This document shows, one piece after another, positions 36,023 through 43,567 of a stretch of 53,802 bases of DNA. How positions within the stretch are numbered: the first letter of the stretch is position 1; the number at the start of each line of letters is the position of its first letter. Origin of the DNA: a virus. Lineage: Duplodnaviria; Caudoviricetes. The notes under the pieces are model-generated. The model was not told the DNA's origin, did no database searches, and saw nothing but the letters and a program-made list of their open reading frames with translations. The translations under genes and the position numbers were made by a program. The stretch covers positions 1 to 53,802 of IMG/VR virus record IMGVR_UViG_3300024344_000017. The stretch is one strand, 5' to 3'.

Positions 36023-36394
36023 TTAATAATCCCCCCAGACTTTTGATTTTTTTCCGCCATAATACTCAACTGCGTGTCCTTCTTTAATAAGTATTTGGCA
36101 AATATCTTCGCCATCAGTCGTGTGAGGTATGCCAAGTATTCTCCCATACTTGCCTTTACCTAATGAAAGTAATTGTAGGTTTTCTCCACATAACTCTATC
36201 AGTCTCGCTTTAGCTTCTAGACCTAGCTTTTTCTCTGCTAAATCTCTTGTTCTTGATTCTGGTGTATCAATGCCATGTAATCTAACCCTCTGTTTAGATA
36301 GCACGACATTGAATCCCAAATCTATATTCACATCAATGGTATCACCATCAATCACCCTATCTAGAGTGCAATTATAATAATAGGGTTTCGCCAT
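36023..36394 (-). CDS. Thermonuclease (SNase-like)
   Basis: VIDGDT, VRL.GIDTPE, KYGRIL, GHA motifs. Confidence 0.9.
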   Translation of the reverse strand: MAKPYYYNCTLDRVIDGDTIDVNIDLGFNVVLSKQRVRLHGIDTPESRTRDLAEKKLGLEAKARLIELCGENLQLLSLGKGKYGRILGIPHTTDGEDICQILIKEGHAVEYYGGKKSKVWGDY

Positions 36395-36576
36395 TATTTT
36401 TTATTGGGTGGCAACATTTTTGCCTTACCGATATTGAGAGCAAGAATTTCTATTCCTTTATACAGCTTACCCAAAAGGTCATCGTCTTTCGGTGTAGGTG
36501 TCATAGCTGCTATGAAACTTGCAGCGCATACAATAGTGGTAATGATTGATACAATATTAATAATTATGTCAAGCAT
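36394..36576 (-). CDS. Putative holin (small membrane protein)
   Basis: Hydrophobic helix, TPTPKDD turn, basic C-terminus; inside the lysis cluster. Confidence 0.55.
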   Translation of the reverse strand: MLDIIINIVSIITTIVCAASFIAAMTPTPKDDDLLGKLYKGIEILALNIGKAKMLPPNKK

Positions 36577-36614
36577 ACTTTTCTCCTATTTTTGCCAAAT
36601 CATATCCGAAAATA

Positions 36615-36998
36615 CTAATTATTTCCAGTTTCGTCCACTTCGTCTTGTTTGTCGTATTCTCTATAGTATTTGATAATTGATATTATGTTATTAGTGTATC
36701 TAGTAATTTCTGCCATATTTGTAGAGAGATTTTCGTATTGTTGTGTGGTTAATGCGTAGTATGGTCTCGCAGGTGCTTTACCTTCATCTACTAAAGCAAG
36801 ATACTCTGCCATCAATTCAGGTGTGAGTATTTCAAACTCTACATCAACCAACTGCATCTCTAAAGGCATTGGTGGGTGATACATCGGCGGTGGTTCTGCA
36901 ATAGTTCTGACTTCTACTGGCGCAACTGATTTAGGTATTAACGAACAACCGCTTATCATAAAAGTGGCAAGTAATGTGCTAATTACTATTTTCTGCAT
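36615..36998 (-). CDS. Putative o-spanin (Rz1-like lipoprotein)
   Basis: Lipobox ISGC, Pro-rich segment, overlaps the upstream i-spanin. Confidence 0.7.
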   Translation of the reverse strand: MQKIVISTLLATFMISGCSLIPKSVAPVEVRTIAEPPPMYHPPMPLEMQLVDVEFEILTPELMAEYLALVDEGKAPARPYYALTTQQYENLSTNMAEITRYTNNIISIIKYYREYDKQDEVDETGNN

Positions 36999-37392
36999 TT
37001 TCTTTTGGTTCAAACATATCTGGATTAGTCAATTCTATCAGATTTTCCATTACTTTTGCAGATGCTCTATTAACTCTAGTTTCTATCAGCTTCGGTTTCA
37101 TCAAAGCAAGATTGTTTAAATCGTGCCTAGCGAATTTGTTTCTTAGTTCTGTTACTGCCCTTTGTGCCTCTGATTTCTCTGCATTGAGTTCGTCTAACTG
37201 TGCTTCGTGTCTTTGTTGGTTCTCTAAATAATTCTTTATAGACTCGTTTTGTTCTTCTATTTTACCTTCAAGAACAATAGCATTACCACGCAAGACAGAT
37301 AACTGTTCACTTAGATATTTAATATACATACCTGAAGCACTTGCAGTTATTACCAACAGACCGCCTAATATCAGACTTAACTTAAACCCCAT
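36979..37392 (-). CDS. Putative i-spanin (Rz-like)
   Basis: N-terminal TM helix plus long coiled coil. Confidence 0.7.
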   Translation of the reverse strand: MGFKLSLILGGLLVITASASGMYIKYLSEQLSVLRGNAIVLEGKIEEQNESIKNYLENQQRHEAQLDELNAEKSEAQRAVTELRNKFARHDLNNLALMKPKLIETRVNRASAKVMENLIELTNPDMFEPKENAENSN

Positions 37393-39151
37393 ATATCCTC
37401 ACAGTATTCGCTTTTCCCTTAACTTTAATATCATTAATATATCTTAAGTCATATTGACTTACATTTGCAGTATTTTCACCGATTAATATATCTTCTTTTT
37501 GTTCTTTCGTAGCACTTTCCAACCTTGCTGCTAGATTAACGCTATCTCCTATAGCTGTGTAATCAAATCTTGTAGCACTACCCATATTGCCAATAACTGC
37601 ATCTCCTGTATTTATACCAATGCCTATAGCAATTTCTGGGAGTCCTTCTTCTAACAACTCTTTGTTTAACTCTTTCATGTTATCTATGATTTGAAACGCA
37701 CAAACGATTGCATTATCTTCATGGTTTTTTTGGTCTAAAGGTGCATTGAATACTGCCATCATGGCATCACCGATATACTTATCTACCATACCACCAGTTT
37801 GTTGCACCGCTTTTTGTTGTGCTGTTAGTGCTTTGTTCATAATATATGTCACTTGTTCAGGCGGTAATGACTCTGACATACTTGTGAACCCTCTGACATC
37901 AGTAAATAGAAAAGTCGCATATCTTTTTTCTCCGCCCAATTTCAACAATTCAGGATTAGATTGCAGTCTTTTTACTTGTTTCGGGTCTAAATAATGTTCA
38001 AATTGTTTTTTAATTTGCTGTCTTAGTAGGTATTGCTGTCTAAAATTGAGATAAAATGCTACTGAACCTGCTATAAATTGGGTTATGAGCGTGTAAGAAA
38101 CATCTATTAGTATGCCTTCTTTAGCAGTATAAACCCCATAAGAGCCTGTTAGAGCCATTATAACTACAAATGATACTAGACCTGAGGTAATGCCTAAAGA
38201 CCTCACTAAGAGCCATATAAGACCTACAGAGAGCAAATATATACACAACTCCAACGCTAAACTATAATCAGGTATATAAGGACTGTTTTGTATCAACAAA
38301 GACTCAGCTAGTGCTGCTTGTATATAATGAGGCTCTAATAATCCAACTGGAGTAGCTACTTGTGGCATTATGCCTTTAGCAGTGACACCTACGAAAACAA
38401 ATTGACCTGCGACCTGCATATCTTTCAAAGATGTTTCATGTGGAACAACCCAAGAAACCCATTTTCTTCCCATACTATCTGTTTTAACAGGCGGAACACC
38501 TTTCACAGTTATTTCTTGTATGCCATTTTGATTAGTTTTGATTATGTATGTATCAGAACCAGTCAACGATTTAAGGACTTGTGTTCCAAAAGAAGCTAAC
38601 CAACCATCAGGAGTCCTATATAACATAGGTATTCTCCTAACTAGATTGTCTATGTCTGCAGGTGCAGATGCTATGCCTTGTAAGGTGTAATCGGTTATTG
38701 GTTCTACATTTTCAACAGTTCCTGCAGAAAGATAGCCACCTATATCTTCTCCTAGAATGACAGTACCAGTAGTTTGCGGATAGTTTTGATTGTTGTTTTC
38801 AAACAAAGCAATAACTGATGGTGATAGACTTAAAGCATTGCTGAACTCTACATCACCACCCATTCTATCTTTGTGTGGGAAACCTATAACCCAACCGACA
38901 CCCATAGCACCTTTGTCTAATAACTGTTGATGTATCTCTGCTAATCTTTGTCTCGGTAAAGGATAACCACCTTCAGCATCAATATCTTCTTCAGTTAAAT
39001 TGAGTATTGCGAAATTACCTGATGGCATAGGTGTTTCTACCAAAGCGTCAAAGGTTTTTAGTTTTATGGTTTCGGTAATACTAGATTGGAATATAAATGG
39101 CAGTGATAATACTGCTAACAATAATAATCCTTGTGAATACTTATTATTCAT
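37382..39151 (-). CDS. CHASE2-domain class III adenylate cyclase (membrane receptor cyclase)
   Basis: TM, periplasmic YPLPR..LA / D.D..VRR.P CHASE2 motifs, 3 TMs, FTDVRGFT, DKYIGDA, GIGINTG, YTAIGD.VNLAARLE. Confidence 0.92.
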   Translation of the reverse strand: MNNKYSQGLLLLAVLSLPFIFQSSITETIKLKTFDALVETPMPSGNFAILNLTEEDIDAEGGYPLPRQRLAEIHQQLLDKGAMGVGWVIGFPHKDRMGGDVEFSNALSLSPSVIALFENNNQNYPQTTGTVILGEDIGGYLSAGTVENVEPITDYTLQGIASAPADIDNLVRRIPMLYRTPDGWLASFGTQVLKSLTGSDTYIIKTNQNGIQEITVKGVPPVKTDSMGRKWVSWVVPHETSLKDMQVAGQFVFVGVTAKGIMPQVATPVGLLEPHYIQAALAESLLIQNSPYIPDYSLALELCIYLLSVGLIWLLVRSLGITSGLVSFVVIMALTGSYGVYTAKEGILIDVSYTLITQFIAGSVAFYLNFRQQYLLRQQIKKQFEHYLDPKQVKRLQSNPELLKLGGEKRYATFLFTDVRGFTSMSESLPPEQVTYIMNKALTAQQKAVQQTGGMVDKYIGDAMMAVFNAPLDQKNHEDNAIVCAFQIIDNMKELNKELLEEGLPEIAIGIGINTGDAVIGNMGSATRFDYTAIGDSVNLAARLESATKEQKEDILIGENTANVSQYDLRYINDIKVKGKANTVRIYGV

Positions 39152-39196
39152 TTTTCTTATATTAGATTATACATTTTATTGATTTTCTTTTTAACA

Positions 39197-40315
39197 TTAA
39201 GAACCTTGTTGTATTTTGATAGTAGTATCACTACCGCCATTAACCTTGATAACATTAGAAACACCATCTTGTATAAAAATAATTGTATATGCACCACTTC
39301 CATCTACATCTACCCTTGCATTACTGCTGACATTTCTTCTGAAACTTATCATCTGTCCTGCAATAATCGTAGTTATCTGCGTATCAGGGTCTTGCCCTAC
39401 TAATGTTCCAGTTATATTTATGCCAGTAGCTTGTGCCAAAACATCTTCTTCGTCATCAATAGCTAAAGCGTCTAAGATATTTAACAAATCCTCAAGGAAA
39501 TTCACATCAAGGTAGTTTATATCCAATTCTGTAAATTCTAAGTCTGCCTCATTGTCCAAAAAATCTTCTGCTAAAAAATCTATATCTAAGTCTGCGAAGT
39601 CCAAATAATCAGCACTACCTGTAGAAGCACTAGCATCTATCATTTGTTCTGTTTGTGCAGGTGGGTTCACTATAAGCATATTGTCTATGAGTTCTAGAGT
39701 TAAATCTAATACGACTGGCGCAGATGGTGAAGTTTCAAACATTGTAGCAGTCGTGGCTTCATAAGGTTTATTTAAGATTACGCTACCCATAGCGGTAGAT
39801 ACCTCTATCTCTCCTGAGGAAATCCCATTAGCATCTGGCAATAAGATAATTAGACTACGACCTAGTTCATCTACAGTAGTAGTAAAATCTGTGCCACGAA
39901 TTGCTATGTTTGCAGTAGGTGTTTTTAAGATGATATTGCGTTTATCTATCTTATTTAGAGAGCCTGTTATAAAACGAGCAGTTCCACTAGCGAAATTGAT
40001 TGCCATTTTCGCTTTGCTAGGGTCTGGGTCATAGATGTATTCGTCTATAACTAAAGAAGAATGTTCAGTTAGCCTAACTACTGAGTCATCTTCAAACTCA
40101 ATAGCAATCCTGCCATTACTGGTTCTTACATCGTCATAACTTTGTATTCCAAAATTTACTGCAGGAATAAAATCGTCCCCACGAATAACTTTTGTATATC
40201 CTTTTAGTTCGCTAACTTGACCTATATCTTCAGCAAGAGGTACTTGTGCCTTGATCGTTTTGCTGAATACAGACAGTGCCATTACTACCAATAGAAATGA
40301 CTTTAAGCCAGTCAT
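39197..40315 (-). CDS. Secreted FecR-domain protein with acidic linker
   Basis: Signal peptide, D.VRT, F.D.S..RL...S, G..RF, TPTA.IAIRGTDF, G.I.V motifs; start probably 40315. Confidence 0.85.
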   Translation of the reverse strand: MTGLKSFLLVVMALSVFSKTIKAQVPLAEDIGQVSELKGYTKVIRGDDFIPAVNFGIQSYDDVRTSNGRIAIEFEDDSVVRLTEHSSLVIDEYIYDPDPSKAKMAINFASGTARFITGSLNKIDKRNIILKTPTANIAIRGTDFTTTVDELGRSLIILLPDANGISSGEIEVSTAMGSVILNKPYEATTATMFETSPSAPVVLDLTLELIDNMLIVNPPAQTEQMIDASASTGSADYLDFADLDIDFLAEDFLDNEADLEFTELDINYLDVNFLEDLLNILDALAIDDEEDVLAQATGINITGTLVGQDPDTQITTIIAGQMISFRRNVSSNARVDVDGSGAYTIIFIQDGVSNVIKVNGGSDTTIKIQQGS

Positions 40316-40940
40316 TATCCAATGTTGACGCTTGGTCAATATTAAATGTTCTGTTTCCGCCTGTATGGTCAAGATAGAAGTATCCGCCTGCATACCCATC
40401 TCCGTCATAAGTTATCGTATTATCTGAACCATCTATATCCATAAAGTTCGTCGCTCCATCTACATCTATAGCTGCTGTAATAGAGTTATCTGAACCTTGC
40501 ACAGTCCAGTCTAAGTCTAATGTTTCAGCCAATGCTGCTATTGCATGATTTAAGGTGAATGTGTTTGAACTTCCAGTAACATTTACTTGCAGATTTGACG
40601 AGTCCGCACTAAAAGTGTTCGTAGGGTCTGTTTGCATATTGAATACATTGCTATCACCAGTAAATTCAAAGAACCCAGTGTAGCTATCTGCCCATATATC
40701 ACCGAGGAATTTGTTTGACGAGCCAATCTGATTTATGTCTAGCAACATAGTTGTGCCATCTAAATCTAAAGCAGTCATAGAACCAGCTTGTGCGTTCGCA
40801 CCACCTATAATGTTTCCACTTCCCATTTGTTCTATATCTATGTTGGAAGTAGCACCACTTTGATCTATAAAGACTTCATTATCAGCTGAATATACAGACG
40901 AAACACAAAGCACCATAAACAACGCTATTATTTTCTTCAT
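40230..40940 (-). CDS. Curlin-like repeat protein (CsgA/CsgB-like)
   Basis: Signal peptide MKKIIALF; repeated (Q/x)-x-G-x-x-N units (IEQMGSGN, INQIGSSN, VQGSDN); adjacent to csgG/csgF. Confidence 0.7.
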   Translation of the reverse strand: MKKIIALFMVLCVSSVYSADNEVFIDQSGATSNIDIEQMGSGNIIGGANAQAGSMTALDLDGTTMLLDINQIGSSNKFLGDIWADSYTGFFEFTGDSNVFNMQTDPTNTFSADSSNLQVNVTGSSNTFTLNHAIAALAETLDLDWTVQGSDNSITAAIDVDGATNFMDIDGSDNTITYDGDGYAGGYFYLDHTGGNRTFNIDQASTLDNDWLKVISIGSNGTVCIQQNDQGTSTSC

Positions 40941-41725
40941 TTTTTCACGCTCCAAAGATTTGCGTCTATACCTTCACGAATTGTTTGGAGTACTGCGGTT
41001 TCTATCGCTGCTTGGAGAGCAATATTGACGGATTCGTTTTCTGTCATACCATTCTCTACTTCAACTAACTCTGTGTCGTTTGCCACAAATCTAAATATGT
41101 CTTGGCTAACTCCAACACTTAATATGTTTTTGGTCACCAAAACTTCAGTTAAAATGCGACCAGTAGATACCGATACTGTGCGTAATGATACTATAACTGT
41201 ATCTTGTCTATACTCTTTGGAACTTCCTATCCCTAAATATCTTGCACCAAATCCGCCTGATTTAACATTGCTCTCATATCCTACTACACTTCCTTCCATC
41301 AGTAAACCTGCAAATCGCAATGGCTTTAGCTGTTGATCTTCTTCAAATGATTCCCTTGTGCTTCTTATTATTTGTCGTTCTCTGGTTAAATTATCTAAAC
41401 CAGTTCGCTCTACTACATGGAAAAAACCACTATGATGTAATGCTCTTATTAGATAGGTCTGCGGTGCTTGAGTTATTGCTGTGCTGAATGTGGCGAATTG
41501 ACTGTTACTTCTTCTTTGTCCAGTATCGTCTTTGAATGAGGTTCCGTATATTGCTACAGTAGGTTTTGTAATCGGCACACCTACTTCTGCTAACTCTCCT
41601 ATTAAAAGAGCATTGATTGTAGCTTCTGTTTTCTTTGGTACTTCTTGTATTTTACCATTGATAGCGCAGCTAGAAAGTAAAACTACCGATAGGAATAGTG
41701 ATAACTGTAACACCACCTGTCTCAT
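40937..41725 (-). CDS. csgG: Curli secretion channel CsgG homologue (lipoprotein)
   Basis: Lipobox LSSC; F.D.TGQR, FSTA.TQ, F.VVER.GL.NL..ERQIIR, GG.GARYLGIG, YR.D.V.VSLR.V motifs. Confidence 0.93.
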   Translation of the reverse strand: MRQVVLQLSLFLSVVLLSSCAINGKIQEVPKKTEATINALLIGELAEVGVPITKPTVAIYGTSFKDDTGQRRSNSQFATFSTAITQAPQTYLIRALHHSGFFHVVERTGLDNLTRERQIIRSTRESFEEDQQLKPLRFAGLLMEGSVVGYESNVKSGGFGARYLGIGSSKEYRQDTVIVSLRTVSVSTGRILTEVLVTKNILSVGVSQDIFRFVANDTELVEVENGMTENESVNIALQAAIETAVLQTIREGIDANLWSVKK

Positions 41726-42182
41726 CGGTAATTGTGAGCGTAATATAATCTCCATCTGTCGTATAACTTATTGTGTTTCCTTCTAATGTTATAGTGCCTT
41801 CTGCACTGGGAGTTTCTCCAAACAAGTTTTCAACAAGCTGTCTGGATAGCTGTGCGTATATACGACTCTCAAGGTTGCGAATGAAACGAGCCAATGTAGT
41901 GTTCTCCGCTTCTCTCTTTAATTCTTCTTGATATGCTTTTATTTCATCTTTAATTGCCTGTTTGCGATTAAATTCTTGATTTTCAATAGTTAAATAATGA
42001 GAACTGGTTCCTACGCCAGAAAAACTAGGACTTTTGAACCTGAATACCATTTCATCGGCTAAAGCAGATTGTATTGATGAAATAAAGACAGCAAAAATTA
42101 TAAACGATATGCCTATAACACCGAACCAATATTCTACTTTTCTATCAGCTTCTATTTGCTTTTTTGTCCTGTTTTTTCTCAT
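41670..42182 (-). CDS. csgF: Curli assembly protein CsgF homologue
   Basis: Signal/TM then MVF.FKSPSFSG, F..NLESRIYAQLS, G...LEG, T.I.IP pattern; upstream of csgG. Confidence 0.82.
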   Translation of the reverse strand: MRKNRTKKQIEADRKVEYWFGVIGISFIIFAVFISSIQSALADEMVFRFKSPSFSGVGTSSHYLTIENQEFNRKQAIKDEIKAYQEELKREAENTTLARFIRNLESRIYAQLSRQLVENLFGETPSAEGTITLEGNTISYTTDGDYITLTITDETGGVTVITIPIGSFTF

Positions 42183-42423
42183 TTTCTAACTTTTTTTCTT
42201 CTTTCAACTCCAATACTGTATTCACTTTCTGTTGTAATCTTATCATATCTTGGTCTAATAAGCGTAATTGGTCAGTTAATCTTATGATAGTGGTTTTCAT
42301 TTCCTGCACAGCAGGGTCTATTTTATTGGTTATGGTTTGCCAAACAAAATAAACGAAATACCCTAAACCAACTACCATAACTACAGGAAATCCGAAATCC
42401 TGCACTAGTTTAACGATATCCAA
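42145..42423 (-). CDS. Small membrane protein (TM plus coiled coil)
   Basis: FGFPVV..GLGYFVYF TM; DQDMIRL. Confidence 0.7.
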   Translation of the reverse strand: MDIVKLVQDFGFPVVMVVGLGYFVYFVWQTITNKIDPAVQEMKTTIIRLTDQLRLLDQDMIRLQQKVNTVLELKEEKKLENEKKQDKKANRS

Positions 42424-42424
42424 T

Positions 42425-42718
42425 TTAGTCCCTACGAGCGTCTATCTTACCATCTTCAACAAAATTCTCTGCTCTTGCTATTCTGCTTAAGTCAGGCGAC
42501 AGATTTAATGCACTTGATACGCTTGTATCTATTCTAATCATATCGTTATTCATTATAGATGCTCTGGTTATCAACATTTTAGATATACCCTCAACAGTCT
42601 TTATCTCTGATACCAAACCATCCATTAGCTGTCGCATAATAAGAAATATAAAATATCCCATTATAAGACCACTTGCTATCGGCAAACCTAACTCAGTAAT
42701 TAGGTCAAATGCTTCCAT
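42425..42718 (-). CDS. Small membrane protein, paralogue-like of 42145-42423
   Basis: LGLPIA..MGYFIF TM; NNDMIRI. Confidence 0.7.
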   Translation of the reverse strand: MEAFDLITELGLPIASGLIMGYFIFLIMRQLMDGLVSEIKTVEGISKMLITRASIMNNDMIRIDTSVSSALNLSPDLSRIARAENFVEDGKIDARRD

Positions 42719-43096
42719 TTAATCTTCGCCTTTGAATTTCTTGCTTTGTCCAGAAGTTCCTGCATATATACCAAAGACTGCTGCCATTGCACCTACTACG
42801 ATAGATACTAGACCTGCTTGTTCTAGATTCGGTTCGTTTAAGTCCATAAACCATATAACCACCTTATAAAGCAGTACGATATAAACACTAACGAAAATTC
42901 TAGGGAATATGCGCCACGCATCTACTGTCTTTGCTAAATGAACCCATTTCTCGTATGGGTTTACACTAGCTGTATTAGGTGTAACATCAATATCCAACTC
43001 TAACTTTCTTTTCATAGGCTGCTGCGTTGTTTCAGGATTAGAAGATTTATATGTTCCTGCCATATTTTCTTCTGGATTTTGTATTTCATCACTCAT
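42719..43096 (-). CDS. Two-TM membrane protein (holin-like candidate)
   Basis: DAWRIFPR plus two hydrophobic helices and a charged C-terminus. Confidence 0.55.
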   Translation of the reverse strand: MSDEIQNPEENMAGTYKSSNPETTQQPMKRKLELDIDVTPNTASVNPYEKWVHLAKTVDAWRIFPRIFVSVYIVLLYKVVIWFMDLNEPNLEQAGLVSIVVGAMAAVFGIYAGTSGQSKKFKGED

Positions 43097-43331
43097 AATT
43101 TACCTCGCTTATCAAAACGACAACACCACTTATGTCGTCATATCCAAATTTTATCAAACTCTGCTGATATTCCATAGCGTCATCTAAACTCATTATTTTT
43201 GTAGTGGGTTCTATTTCAGGCTCGTAAGGTTTTTCTAATAATTCAGCCACAGATACTGTATCGTTTTCATGTATTGTGAATTGAACATAATGACCTTCGT
43301 GAACCCATGTCCCTGCGAAACAAACAGACAT
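43089..43331 (-). CDS. Hypothetical protein
   Basis: TAATG coupling at 43331 (MSVCFAG...). Confidence 0.5.
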   Translation of the reverse strand: MSVCFAGTWVHEGHYVQFTIHENDTVSVAELLEKPYEPEIEPTTKIMSLDDAMEYQQSLIKFGYDDISGVVVLISEVNYE

Positions 43332-43567
43332 TAGGTCGGCTTTGTGGGATATGCCCATGTAACACTAGTATCTGTATATGGACTTACTTTATCTTCATCA
43401 ACATCACTCGCCCATTTTTGTGGCAAATCTCTCAATGCCTGTCTGTAAGTCGCCCATTCTGCTTTTTTGGTATTTGACAGTTGACAATCGGGCATTTGTG
43501 TCCAATCACTTGCTTGTAGCAGTCTATCTCGCTTTGCTCTGAACTCAATCCAATGTGATTTACTCAT
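43331..43567 (-). CDS. Tail (fibre) assembly chaperone
   Basis: R..RD.LL..SDWTQ.PD...W..YRQALRDLP signature. Confidence 0.85.
   Translation of the reverse strand: MSKSHWIEFRAKRDRLLQASDWTQMPDCQLSNTKKAEWATYRQALRDLPQKWASDVDEDKVSPYTDTSVTWAYPTKPT

Noticed and set aside
35578-41755. Long N-terminal extensions given by the ORF track for lysozyme (36147), FecR (40408), curlin (40955) and CsgG (41755)
   Set aside because: They overlap upstream genes; downstream ATGs give proper signal peptides or domain starts
40230-42182. Host chromosomal contamination (bacterial csg operon)
   Set aside because: Genes overlap or are coupled with flanking phage genes on a circular phage contig, with similar AT-rich composition
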